Assembly: GCA_963667845.2 (NCBI GenBank)
Contig: CAXXVL010000002.1
Location: 1,024,001 to 1,088,000 of the forward strand
Length of the DNA stretch: 64,000 nt
Direction of reading: 5' to 3'
Source of the DNA: Smithellaceae bacterium
Lineage (GTDB): Bacteria > Desulfobacterota > Syntrophia > Syntrophales > Smithellaceae
Below the pieces are notes generated by a model, which saw nothing but the letters and a program-made list of their open reading frames with translations, ran no database searches and was not told the DNA's origin. The translations under genes and the position numbers were made by a program. Below are positions 48,815 through 57,984 of this stretch, piece by piece. Positions within the stretch are counted from its first letter, which is position 1; every line of letters starts with the position of its first letter.

Positions 48815-49576
48815 ATGAAGCTTAAGACCATACTCGCTATAACACTCTTGCTGTGCTCATTATTTCTCATCTCCTGCACCAACACACCGTGGCATAGAGA
48901 TCAGGCAGATGCTTATTTAAAGAAAGGGATGTCGCTCATTGAAGCCGGGCAATACATCGGCGCGCTTAAAGAATTATCGGAAGCGGAGAAATATGCACCC
49001 GATAATCCCGAAATTAATTACTACTTAGGAGTTGCCTATCACGGACGCGGTCTGCGCGACATGGCCATGGAACGCTTCCAGAGAGCAATAGCCTTGAAGA
49101 AGGACTATTCTGAAGCCCATAATTATTTAGGTGCCATCTATATGGACATGGGTCAATGGGATAAGGCCATTGACTCGTTCGATAATGCGCTGAAAAATTA
49201 TCTTTATGCGACACCGGCGCTTGCTCTTTATAATTCCGGCTGGGCATACTATAACCTGCAGAAATATGATATGGCGTTGTCGCGGTACAGGCAGGCATCA
49301 CAACAGGACAGAACGGGAGTTTTGCAGGCACAGATTGAAAAGAATATCGGTTTGATATACGTAAAACAATCTAACCTGATCGAGGCGAAGAATCATTTTG
49401 AGAAATCTGTCGAGCTGAATCCGTCTCTATATGACGCTCAATTTTTTCTCGCCGAGACTTATCTAAAAATCAGAGATACGGGAAAAGCAAAGAAATCTTT
49501 TCAGCAAGTCATCCGAGTTGCCCCTCAATCGTCTTTTGCTCAAAGGGCGAGGGAGTATTTACAGTCTCTGAAATGA
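48815..49576 (+). CDS. TPR lipoprotein, PilF/PilW/Tgl-like pilotin
   Basis: Lipobox LISC and about six TPRs (EAHNYLG, YATP..A.YN.G); next to pilQ. Confidence 0.85.
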   Translation: MKLKTILAITLLLCSLFLISCTNTPWHRDQADAYLKKGMSLIEAGQYIGALKELSEAEKYAPDNPEINYYLGVAYHGRGLRDMAMERFQRAIALKKDYSEAHNYLGAIYMDMGQWDKAIDSFDNALKNYLYATPALALYNSGWAYYNLQKYDMALSRYRQASQQDRTGVLQAQIEKNIGLIYVKQSNLIEAKNHFEKSVELNPSLYDAQFFLAETYLKIRDTGKAKKSFQQVIRVAPQSSFAQRAREYLQSLK

Positions 49577-49742
49577 TAATCTCATAAGTCTATGACCGTC
49601 TGGGAACTTTTCAGCGTGTCAGCGTTGGGTCTGAAAAGAGAACGTCTTTCATTCTCTTTTCAAAAGTATATGAGAAATTTATCTTTAGCCAGAGATCATC
49701 TTGTCCTCCTCGTTCAATACAAAAATACTTTTTCAAAATAAA

Positions 49743-50175
49743 ATGTATGACGATGCTCTTGTTTTAGCTAAACTCCGATTAAACCTTTTTCTGCTGGAAT
49801 TCGACGCATACGGGCAGCTGGTGAGGTGCTCATCCAACTGGAAAGAATAGCTGAAGCTCCTGACTTGCTGGGCGAGACGAGCGGAAGGTTTCCGATTTAT
49901 CCCTCACTCTCTACCGGGTGAGCAAATTAGTCGCAGAAAAAACCGGAAAAAGAATACGGCATCCTGTTGACGGATGATAAAAAAACTCTTGATCGTGTTA
50001 CTGACAGTGATAATGATTCATCAGGTGAAAAGACGATCATTGAAATCCAGCAAGAAATTGATTGCCGGGGTGAACGATCGTACACGTCCCTCCATCGCGG
50101 CACTTGGTTGAGACACACTCAGGATAGCTATCCTCGATTTAAAGGATCAAGACGTATGGTACGCAAAATATCTAA
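49743..50175 (+). pseudogene. Possible decayed TPR-type gene remnant
   Basis: Fragments YDDALVLAKLRL and AAGEVLIQLERIAEA lie in different frames; no intact ORF. Confidence 0.3.
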
Positions 50176-51247
50176 CTCTCCTCTCCCCAGGATACAGACT
50201 GTCCGTGAAATCCTGCTTCGGAACCGGGTTGACGGCATCATATTTTCCAATATGAGCAATATCCGCTACCTGTCGGGATTTAGCGGCAGTGATGGAATCC
50301 TGATCATCAGTTCAGACAGTGCGTGTTTGCTTGTCGATGGCCGTTATACAACGCAAGCCGCAGCCGAAGCTCAGCATATTTCCATCAGCGAATATCAGAA
50401 TAAAGTTCAGGGAATCGAACGCGCGGCGAAGGAGTTGGGTCTGAAGAAAATCGGCTTTGAAGCTGCTTTTGTTAGTGTGGAAATATACGATGATTTAGTT
50501 CGGCGATTCAGCAACAAGGCGAAGCTTGTTTCGTTTGGAAAAGAGTTGGGATCGCTTCGGGCATGCAAAGAAATACGCGAGATTCAAACGATGAAAAAAG
50601 CTGCGGCCATAGCTTCTGCAGCCGTGGCCAAAATCGTCCGTGAAATAAAACCGGGATGGACGGAACAAGAAGTGGCACTGCAGTTGGAAGTGGCGGCACG
50701 CCGGTCGGGAGCCGAACAGCTGGCATTTGAAACGATTGTTGCTTCGGGGGAAAATGCGGCGCTGCCTCATGCAAAGCCTTCGCATCGGGAAATTAGAAAA
50801 GGGGACTTCGTCGTTATTGATTTCGGCGTCAAATATCAAGGTTACTGTTCTGATGAGACTTGCACATTTGCAATTGGGGAATTGACAGCCGTTCAAAAAA
50901 ATGCTTATCGTGCGGTGCTGCGCGCTCATGATGAAGCGATTGCTTCCATCCGGGCAGGCGTAGCTGCGGCTGATGTGGATGCCTTGACTCGCCGCGTATT
51001 GGGTGAAGAATACGGCCGCTATTTTATTCATGGGACAGGTCATGGTGTTGGCCTGGACGTTCATGAAGCGCCGCGCGTAGCACCGGGTTCGCAAGATATC
51101 CTGACCGCCGGAATGGTCGTCACCGTCGAGCCCGGTCTTTACTTCCCGGGTCTGTGGGGAATTCGCATCGAGGACACGGTGTTAGTCAAAAAAAATAGTT
51201 GCGAAATAATTACAAAGATGAATAAAAAACTCATCACTATTTCATAA
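50156..51247 (+). CDS. Xaa-Pro aminopeptidase (M24B)
   Basis: NIRYLSGFSG, DGRY, IDFG..Y.SD.T, HGTGHGVGLDVHE, TVEPGLY and GIRIED; ATG 50156 preferred over the track start 49967. Confidence 0.95.
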   Translation: MVRKISNSPLPRIQTVREILLRNRVDGIIFSNMSNIRYLSGFSGSDGILIISSDSACLLVDGRYTTQAAAEAQHISISEYQNKVQGIERAAKELGLKKIGFEAAFVSVEIYDDLVRRFSNKAKLVSFGKELGSLRACKEIREIQTMKKAAAIASAAVAKIVREIKPGWTEQEVALQLEVAARRSGAEQLAFETIVASGENAALPHAKPSHREIRKGDFVVIDFGVKYQGYCSDETCTFAIGELTAVQKNAYRAVLRAHDEAIASIRAGVAAADVDALTRRVLGEEYGRYFIHGTGHGVGLDVHEAPRVAPGSQDILTAGMVVTVEPGLYFPGLWGIRIEDTVLVKKNSCEIITKMNKKLITIS

Positions 51248-51265
51248 ATTTGAGGTTATGCTGTT

Positions 51266-51661
51266 ATGAAGGTATTTCCAGAAGACCTGCTTTACAGTCG
51301 CGAGCATATATGGGTTCGGGTTGACGGAGATATGGCTACGCTGGGCATTACGGATTACGCTCAGGAAAGTTTGGGAGAAATCTTGTCAATCGAATTTCCT
51401 GAAATTGACGCCTATGTGGAACGTGACGAAGCTTTTGGTTCTGTTGAATCAACGAAAGCGGTTGTGGATCTGATAGCCTCAGTTAGCGGGACCATTGTCA
51501 GTGTCAACGAAGATATCAATGACGACATCGGTATTGTAAATAGTGACCCCCATGATACGGGCTGGCTTGTAGTCATCGAGATGGACGACATGGAACAACT
51601 GGATGATCTCCTGGATGCGGCAGGGTATCATGACTTTATTATGCAGCAGGAAGCTGAATAA
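51266..51661 (+). CDS. gcvH: Glycine cleavage system H protein / lipoyl carrier
   Basis: YSREHIWV, GITDYAQ, VESTKA (lipoyl Lys) and NSDP...GW. Confidence 0.93.
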   Translation: MKVFPEDLLYSREHIWVRVDGDMATLGITDYAQESLGEILSIEFPEIDAYVERDEAFGSVESTKAVVDLIASVSGTIVSVNEDINDDIGIVNSDPHDTGWLVVIEMDDMEQLDDLLDAAGYHDFIMQQEAE

Positions 51662-51670
51662 GACCTTCTT

Positions 51671-52480
51671 ATGATATGGCGGTTGCTTAATTATCGGTTG
51701 CATAGCGCCTCCGAGAACATGGCCATCGACGAGGCCGTTTTTCAAGAAACCATAAAACATAAAAGACCACCTACCTTACGTTTTTTCGGCTGGCATCCGT
51801 CGGCTGTTTCAATCGGCTATTTTCAGGAATTGGAAAATGAAATTAATTTTAACCGGTGTCGCCTGTCCGGAGTTGATGTTGTCCGCAGGATTACCGGTGG
51901 GAAAGCTGTATATCACAACAGCGAAGTCACCTATTCGCTCACCGCGACAAGTTCGGAGAAACTATTTCCCAGCGATATTATGGGGACGTATGAGGTAATA
52001 AGCCGTTGCCTGGCGCGCGGCTTGTCTTTCCTGGGAATCAGTGCTCAGTTGGCGAAATCCGCCGTACTTGAAAAGCGTGAACTGACCTCCCGCTGCTTTT
52101 CCGTTCCTTCCGGCAATGAACTTCTTATTGAAGGGCGAAAAATATGCGGAAGTGCGCAGATGCGGACTCACGGTGGTTTTTTGCAGCACGGATCACTGTT
52201 GATGAAATTCGATGACGCCGAAACATCCGCTCTGATTCTGTCGAAGCAGCCACGCGAGACAGTCGACCGTCTCAGAAGTTCTGTCACGGCCGTGAATGAG
52301 GTGATTTCCATACCGGTCAGCGCAGAGGCGCTCTGCCAGGTCCTGCAAAAAGGCTTTATTGAAGAGTTAGGCATCCGCCTGGCAGAAGGGCCGCTGACTC
52401 CAGGCGAAAAGGCGTTAAGCAATCAACTGATAAAGAAATACAAGAGTGATGCATGGAATTGGCGGCGAAAGAAAGACTAA
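51671..52480 (+). CDS. Lipoate-protein ligase family protein (LipM-like octanoyltransferase)
   Basis: NMAIDEA, PTLRFFGW, VRRITGGKAVYH, CF (catalytic Cys region), RKICGSAQ and LQHGS; no LplA C-terminal domain. Confidence 0.9.
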   Translation: MIWRLLNYRLHSASENMAIDEAVFQETIKHKRPPTLRFFGWHPSAVSIGYFQELENEINFNRCRLSGVDVVRRITGGKAVYHNSEVTYSLTATSSEKLFPSDIMGTYEVISRCLARGLSFLGISAQLAKSAVLEKRELTSRCFSVPSGNELLIEGRKICGSAQMRTHGGFLQHGSLLMKFDDAETSALILSKQPRETVDRLRSSVTAVNEVISIPVSAEALCQVLQKGFIEELGIRLAEGPLTPGEKALSNQLIKKYKSDAWNWRRKKD

Positions 52481-52620
52481 TCCACATCAGCTAAGGGACA
52501 TTTGATTTACAACTTTTTAATGAAATGCATATTATGACGTGACCCACAGGGCTTGACGGATCTCGATACAAGGATTATTGCCGTCAACTGTTCGGGATCT
52601 GTCATAAGCAATCAAAATGA

Positions 52621-52767
52621 TGTTTGGTGATGGGAACCTGATGTGATCACCCTGCAAAGATTCCTCGTTAGCCTGGCTTTACCTGCGGGGTGAGGATTAG
52701 GCCTGAGGCCTGATGATCCTATAATGTTAAAGTCCGGAAGTCGATCGGGCGCCATTCTTAACCAGCA
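52621..52767. ncRNA. Candidate structured non-coding RNA, family not recognised
   Basis: Nested stems read by eye: closing TGGT..ATGG..CCTGA / TCGGG..CCAT..ACCA; TCACCCTGCA/TGCGGGGTGA; GGATTAGGCC/GGCCTGATGATCC. Confidence 0.35.
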
Positions 52768-53088
52768 GACGCAGCCTTGATTAAATGTAATATCAGCATG
52801 TTGCAAGCCTATGCCATGCGCATTTTGCCGAAATAATGAAGATATGCGCAATTACTTGGGGTCACCTGACCTCACTATTTCGATTTTTGTTGCAATTTCG
52901 ATTCAGATCGCATATATGCAAACCTCACCGTTCGGGAATCGGTTAAGAAAGTAAAGATGCCGGTGCCGGTGAAAAATTTACATGCGGGTGACCGTGGGAA
53001 AATCATCAGTGCAATGAGCATTTATCGGGGCTCTTCTAAGAGGTGTTTTTCCGAGTAGGGAGCGTGATTTAGCACGTATTGAAAATTC

Positions 53089-53141
53089 AGGGTAGTTGAC
53101 GACGCAAGATGGAATTGCTTGTGTCGGACTGCCCTTTTTTT
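53089..53141 (+). terminator. Terminator-like hairpin in the rpsU 5' region
   Basis: AGGGTAGT..GACGCAAG / CTTGTGTC..ACTGCCCT followed by a T run. Confidence 0.6.
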
Positions 53142-53203
53142 GCGTTTACACGTCGAAGAACAAATTTCTTATCAAACTGTAATAATTTAAAGGAGGAGTA
53201 TCA

Positions 53204-53395
53204 TTGGAAGTAAAAGTAATTGATAACGACGTAGAGAAGGCTCTCAAAATTTTGAAAAACAAACTTTCGAAAAGCGGCTTGTTCAAGGAATTGAAAGTCC
53301 GCCGGGCTTATGAAAAGCCGTCAGTCAAGAAGAAGAGAAAAACAATTGAAGCTCGCCGCAGACTGGCCAAGGTTCAGCGCCGACGCAGCAACTAA
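53204..53395 (+). CDS. rpsU: 30S ribosomal protein S21
   Basis: EKALK.LK and RRAYEKPSVKKKRK; AAGGAGG RBS with a TTG start. Confidence 0.95.
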   Translation: MEVKVIDNDVEKALKILKNKLSKSGLFKELKVRRAYEKPSVKKKRKTIEARRRLAKVQRRRSN

Positions 53396-53460
53396 TTCTA
53401 TTCCCGAAATGTTAGTTCCACAATCTTTTTGCGCTATTGTGTTTTGCCCGGCGTAAGGGA

Positions 53461-54120
53461 ATGAGCAGCATGGAAAAGCAATATCTTATTGATTCATTAT
53501 CCAAGGAAGAATCGTGGCGGATCTTTCGCATTATGGCGGAATTTGTCGAATCCATTGAAGTTCTTTCGAATGTCCATAGTGCTGTGACAATTTTTGGTTC
53601 GGCCCGTCTCAAGCCCGATGATAAGTACTATCACATGGCGGAAAAACTGGGACAGCTCTTGGCTCAAAATGGTTTCGCCGTCATCACCGGCGGCGGTCCG
53701 GGGATTATGGAAGCGGCCAATAAAGGTGCTGCGGAAGCAGGCGGCCAATCCGTGGGGATGAATATCAAGCTGCCTTTTGAGCAAAAACCCAATCCCTATG
53801 CCAATCTTCAACTGGACTATAAATATTTTTTTATCCGTAAAGTCATGTTTGTTAAGTATGCTGTTGCCTATGTGATCATGCCGGGCGGTTACGGGACGAT
53901 GGATGAGTTTTTTGAAGCGTTGACACTGATCCAGACCAAAAGGGTGAAAAGCTTTCCCATCATCCTGATGGGCAGAGACTACTGGCAGGGGCTTTTGGAT
54001 TGGCTGAAAAATACGATGCAGCAAAAAGACATGATTCTCCCCTGCGATCTGGAGATGATCCAGATTATTGACGAACCGGAAGAAGTCGTTAAGCATATCA
54101 AGAAATACGTCATCATTTAA
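53461..54120 (+). CDS. LOG/TIGR00730-family nucleotide 5'-monophosphate nucleosidase
   Basis: Motifs FGSAR, TGGGPGIMEAAN, FFIRK and PGGYGTMDE. Confidence 0.93.
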   Translation: MSSMEKQYLIDSLSKEESWRIFRIMAEFVESIEVLSNVHSAVTIFGSARLKPDDKYYHMAEKLGQLLAQNGFAVITGGGPGIMEAANKGAAEAGGQSVGMNIKLPFEQKPNPYANLQLDYKYFFIRKVMFVKYAVAYVIMPGGYGTMDEFFEALTLIQTKRVKSFPIILMGRDYWQGLLDWLKNTMQQKDMILPCDLEMIQIIDEPEEVVKHIKKYVII

Positions 54121-54152
54121 ACTCAAACAATTCTACTCCATGAGAGTCGGGT

Positions 54153-55511
54153 ATGACCCTGGAAAGAGCCATTATTGATTTAAAGAAGGGGCATGCTGCG
54201 CCCTGTTATCTTTTATATGGTGAAGAAGAATATCTGATCCAGGAAGCGCTCAACCAAATTTTGGACATCATCATGCCGCTGGCCGACCGTGACTTCGGCC
54301 TTTTTTTTATCGATGGTGAAAATTCGGATTTCGATATCCTGAAGGATCATCTTCTGGCGCCATCGCTGCTGGGCGGCAGAAAAGTTGTCGTGGTGAAAAA
54401 CACGACGATTTTTCAGTCCCGTGAAAACCTAAGTGATCTCATCCAAAAAATTCGTGACACTATCGACGAGCATCCGGATAAGGCGGCAAAATATTTTCTA
54501 ACTTTTTTGAAAATATCCGGCTTTGCCTGGGAAGACATGCAAGGGGCAGGCTGGCAAAAGATCACTGATGAGCAATGGCGTCAGGCAGTGGAGGAAGATT
54601 CCGGGGGCGACAGAAATAAATGGCTGCCGCGGATTATCGAAATTTGCACTACCCGGGGATGGACATCCGGCGGCGCAGCCGATCCCTCCGAGCAACTTGA
54701 AAAACTCCTGGACGAGGGCCTTCCTGCGGAGAATTGCTTAATTCTGACCGCCGAGGCTGTTGATAAGAGAAAAAAAATATTCAAAGTGATCGACAAAGCG
54801 GGAATCGTTTTGCACTTCGGCCAGATCAAGGGCGAGACAGCAACTAAAGACACGCTCAGACGGGAAGCCCAGAAACTGCTTGACCAATCCGGGAAGAGTC
54901 TGGCCCCAACGGCCTGGATCGCACTGGGGAAGAAAACAGGATTTCAGTTGCGTCCGTCATTAAATGAATTGCAGAAGCTCATTTCATTTGTCGGCGAGCG
55001 ATCCGTTATTGGAGAAAAGGATGTTGAAGCCGTTGTCGGCAAGACCAGCGAAGATTCAATCTTCGATCTAACAACGGCGCTTGGCGAAAAAAATGCAACG
55101 GCCGCGCTCGCGGCCCTGAAAGCCCTGTTGGATCAGGGAGAGCATTACCTGATGATTCTGACAATGGTCGGCCGCGAAATCCGCATGCTTTTGCAGGCGT
55201 CCATTCTGATTCGCTCGGGGAAGTTGCCCAGACTGTCGCCGGGTATGGATTATGGCTCCTTTCAGAAGAATATCTATCCCGCAGTTGCTGGATTGACGCC
55301 GGATGTATCGCGCAAAGAGGACCTGCTGGTCAATAAGCACCCGTTTGTTATTTACAACGCCCTGCGCAATAGCAGCCGGTTTTCTTACCCCATCCTGGTC
55401 GATTATCTTGATGATTTGCTGGAGATGGATCGTGCCATGAAATCTTCCACCACCGATCCACAGTTGCTGCTGGAGCGCTTCCTGATTAAGGCTTGCACTA
55501 AAGTTTCCTGA
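54153..55511 (+). CDS. holA: DNA polymerase III subunit delta (long form)
   Basis: PCYLLYGEEEYL, DKRKK, ELQKL..F, IFDLT and D.AMKS, plus an internal insertion. Confidence 0.85.
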   Translation: MTLERAIIDLKKGHAAPCYLLYGEEEYLIQEALNQILDIIMPLADRDFGLFFIDGENSDFDILKDHLLAPSLLGGRKVVVVKNTTIFQSRENLSDLIQKIRDTIDEHPDKAAKYFLTFLKISGFAWEDMQGAGWQKITDEQWRQAVEEDSGGDRNKWLPRIIEICTTRGWTSGGAADPSEQLEKLLDEGLPAENCLILTAEAVDKRKKIFKVIDKAGIVLHFGQIKGETATKDTLRREAQKLLDQSGKSLAPTAWIALGKKTGFQLRPSLNELQKLISFVGERSVIGEKDVEAVVGKTSEDSIFDLTTALGEKNATAALAALKALLDQGEHYLMILTMVGREIRMLLQASILIRSGKLPRLSPGMDYGSFQKNIYPAVAGLTPDVSRKEDLLVNKHPFVIYNALRNSSRFSYPILVDYLDDLLEMDRAMKSSTTDPQLLLERFLIKACTKVS

Positions 55512-56019
55512 CTTTTGTCAGAGTTTGTCTTTGTGCGCGCGAAAGTCTGTGCGCAGGTCCTTTTTTATTGACAGTGCGAGTGTTTCCCTCATCCTCGTCT
55601 TTCGAGGAGGGTAAGTCGTTTTCGCCCGGCGCCGCCTGCCTATTAACAATGGATTCAAACTCAAGCGAGGATAGCGTGGCTTTCCCTTTGCGAATTGCAT
55701 AAGAGGCAATTTCTCGATCGGAAGAAACGACAAGGATTTCTTCATCACTGGACGCAGCGATTCTCTTCAGGACATCATCTGCCTTGACTCCCTTGGCAGA
55801 GTAAATCATGTGAATACCAGAATGATAGTCGCGTTCTTCCTCGGGCTGGCCGCTTACCCAGCCGTCAAATACCACGGTGATGCGGTGATCTTTCCTTTTT
55901 TGGTATTCTGAAAGCCAGGCAATCAGGGCCATGCGCCCTGCTTCGAGACTCTGCCGCTCAAAGCGCCGCAGGCTGACGGATTGCCGGATCAGATTGTAAC
56001 CGTCAATTAGAATATGCAT
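55498..56019 (-). CDS. NYN-domain (YacP/Rae1-like) ribonuclease
   Basis: IDGYNL, VVFDG, ADD and VSSDREI acidic active-site motifs. Confidence 0.9.
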   Translation of the reverse strand: MHILIDGYNLIRQSVSLRRFERQSLEAGRMALIAWLSEYQKRKDHRITVVFDGWVSGQPEEERDYHSGIHMIYSAKGVKADDVLKRIAASSDEEILVVSSDREIASYAIRKGKATLSSLEFESIVNRQAAPGENDLPSSKDEDEGNTRTVNKKGPAHRLSRAQRQTLTKVRKL

Positions 56020-56169
56020 GCCTCATTTTTGCACATTGTCGTCCCGCGTTCAATAAAAAAAGTCCGGTATTTTTCTTGACTTGACAGTTGGCTGTCTGTT
56101 ACCGTCCTCTATCTCTGGCGACTTCAAAGCAGGTAGTCTGCTTGACAATAAATAATTTGGAGGTTTTGT

Positions 56170-57027
56170 ATGGAAATTAAGAAAATATGTGTATTGGGCG
56201 CGGGCTTGATGGGCAACGGTATCGCGCAGGTTTGCGCGGCGGCCGGCTATGATGTCACCTTGAGAGACATTGAACAACGGTTCATCGACGGCGGTATGAA
56301 CACCATCAAAAAAAACCTGAGCCGCGATGCTGAAAAAGGCAAAATCACCAAGGAACAGATGGAGGCGATTCTGGGGCGGATCAAACCGACGCTGGATTTA
56401 AAAGAAGCTGCCGCGGACGCCGATGTGGTTGTGGAAGTCGTTATTGAACTCATGGATTTAAAGAAAAAAGTCTACGCGGAACTGGAAGCGGTTGTTCCTT
56501 CGCACTGTCTGTTCTTCACCAATACCTCGGGTTTGAGCATCACGGAAATGGCCGCCATTACCAAACGGCCGGAACGCTTCATCGGCACGCATTTTTTCAA
56601 TCCCGTTCCGGTCATGCGTCTGCTCGAAGTCATCCGCGGTCAACAGACCTCCGATGAGACCGTGGAAATCGCCAAAGCCTGGGGCAAGAAAATCGGCAAG
56701 GAAGTCGTAATGGTTAAAGAGGCGCCGGCGTTTGTCGTGAACCGTATTTTGTGTTCCATGATCAATGAGGCATTTTTTGTTCTCGATGAAGGTCTCGCCA
56801 CGCCGGAAGACATTGATAAGGCTATGCAACTGGGCTGTAATCATCCTATCGGTCCGCTGGCGCTGGGTGACCTGATCGGACTCGATACCCAGCTCAGGAT
56901 CTGCGAAGGGATGAACCGGGAGCTGGGAGATAAATACCGTCCCTCACCGCTTCTCAGGAAACTTGTTCGCGCCGGTAATCTGGGACGCAAATCCGGCCGC
57001 GGCGTTTACGACTACGGCAAGAAATAA
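56170..57027 (+). CDS. hbd: 3-hydroxybutyryl-CoA dehydrogenase
   Basis: Motifs GAGLMGNGIAQ, TNTS, HFFNPVPVM, FVVNRIL and NHPIGPL. Confidence 0.93.
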   Translation: MEIKKICVLGAGLMGNGIAQVCAAAGYDVTLRDIEQRFIDGGMNTIKKNLSRDAEKGKITKEQMEAILGRIKPTLDLKEAAADADVVVEVVIELMDLKKKVYAELEAVVPSHCLFFTNTSGLSITEMAAITKRPERFIGTHFFNPVPVMRLLEVIRGQQTSDETVEIAKAWGKKIGKEVVMVKEAPAFVVNRILCSMINEAFFVLDEGLATPEDIDKAMQLGCNHPIGPLALGDLIGLDTQLRICEGMNRELGDKYRPSPLLRKLVRAGNLGRKSGRGVYDYGKK

Positions 57028-57046
57028 TTAAAATTCAAAAAGATTT

Positions 57047-57083
57047 ACGGCGGCCATCGGATTCGAACGAGGCCGCCGTTTTT
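57047..57083 (+). terminator. Intrinsic terminator between convergent hbd and rpe
   Basis: ACGGCGGCC..GGCCGCCGT-TTTT. Confidence 0.7.
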
Positions 57084-57124
57084 ATATGGATTGATTTGTC
57101 ACGGTGACGTGCTGAAGAGAAAGG

Positions 57125-57784
57125 TCAGGCTTTGTTTGCTGCAGCTTTCAAGGAGGCGATGGTTTGCGCGTAATCGGCTGTTCCGAAAACCGCAGCGCCT
57201 GCCACCAGCACATCGGCTCCTGCCTGAGCAATTGAACCGATATTCTGAAGGTTCACCCCTCCGTCGACTTCCAGGAGCATTTTGGAAGACAGTTTGGCGA
57301 TCATTGCGCTTGCCCGTTTAATCTTGGCAGGCGAGCTTTGAATAAACTTCTGCCCCCCGAAGCCCGGGTTGACAGACATGATCAAAAGCAGGTCGATATC
57401 GGGGAGGATTTCTTCAACCGCACAAAGTGGTGTTGCCGGATTCAAGGATATGCCTGCTTTTTTCCCCGTCTTCTTAATCAATTCGACTGTCCGGTGCAGG
57501 TGATTGGTTGCTTCCACATGGATCGTGATATAATCGGCGCCCGCTGCGGCGAAGGATTCGACATAGTTATCAGGATTCTTAATCATCAAATGAACATCAA
57601 AAGGCAACCGGGTCGCCTTGCGCAGGGAAGCAATGATGGCGGGCCCCATCGTTATATTGGGAACGAAATGCCCGTCCATAACATCCAGATGAATCCAGTC
57701 CGCGCCGGCTTTCTCGACTGCCGCGATTTCCTCGCCGAGTTTTCCGCCATCAGCGGAAAGTATTGATGGGGCAATCAATTTCAT
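57125..57784 (-). CDS. rpe: Ribulose-phosphate 3-epimerase
   Basis: Motifs [33 protein letters not shown] and EVDGG. Confidence 0.98.
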   Translation of the reverse strand: MKLIAPSILSADGGKLGEEIAAVEKAGADWIHLDVMDGHFVPNITMGPAIIASLRKATRLPFDVHLMIKNPDNYVESFAAAGADYITIHVEATNHLHRTVELIKKTGKKAGISLNPATPLCAVEEILPDIDLLLIMSVNPGFGGQKFIQSSPAKIKRASAMIAKLSSKMLLEVDGGVNLQNIGSIAQAGADVLVAGAAVFGTADYAQTIASLKAAANKA

Positions 57785-57984
57785 GAAGGGTTCTCCTTTT
57801 GTTAAGCATCAAATATACTAAAGCACTGCGCCTGTCAACCCATAGAGGCTGATAGGCTATAGACAGCCAGACTATTAGGCTAAAAAAAATAGGCGCGAAG
57901 CGCTATCCGCACAGACTTACAGCCTAAAAGTCTATGTTCGCCTTTCTTCTTGACACGAACGTTGAAAAAAATGAAGATGGGCTC

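Noticed and set aside
41925..49600. Visibly lower GC across the pil cluster as a possible horizontally acquired island
   Set aside because: No mobility genes or boundary repeats, gene order is typical, and GC was judged only by eye.
49967..50155. 63-aa N-terminal extension of the M24 peptidase in the ORF track
   Set aside because: Family similarity starts near ATG 50156; the extension is likely non-coding or pseudogene sequence.
52710..52716. CTGATGA hammerhead ribozyme core
   Set aside because: No correctly placed GAAA or stem II/III arrangement.
52735..52754. tRNA-like 3' end (GTCGATCGGGCGCCA)
   Set aside because: No GTTC T-loop and no cloverleaf.
52801..52816. sigma54-like TGGCATAGGCTTGCA on the minus strand
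   Set aside because: GG-to-GC spacing is 9 rather than the required 10 bp.
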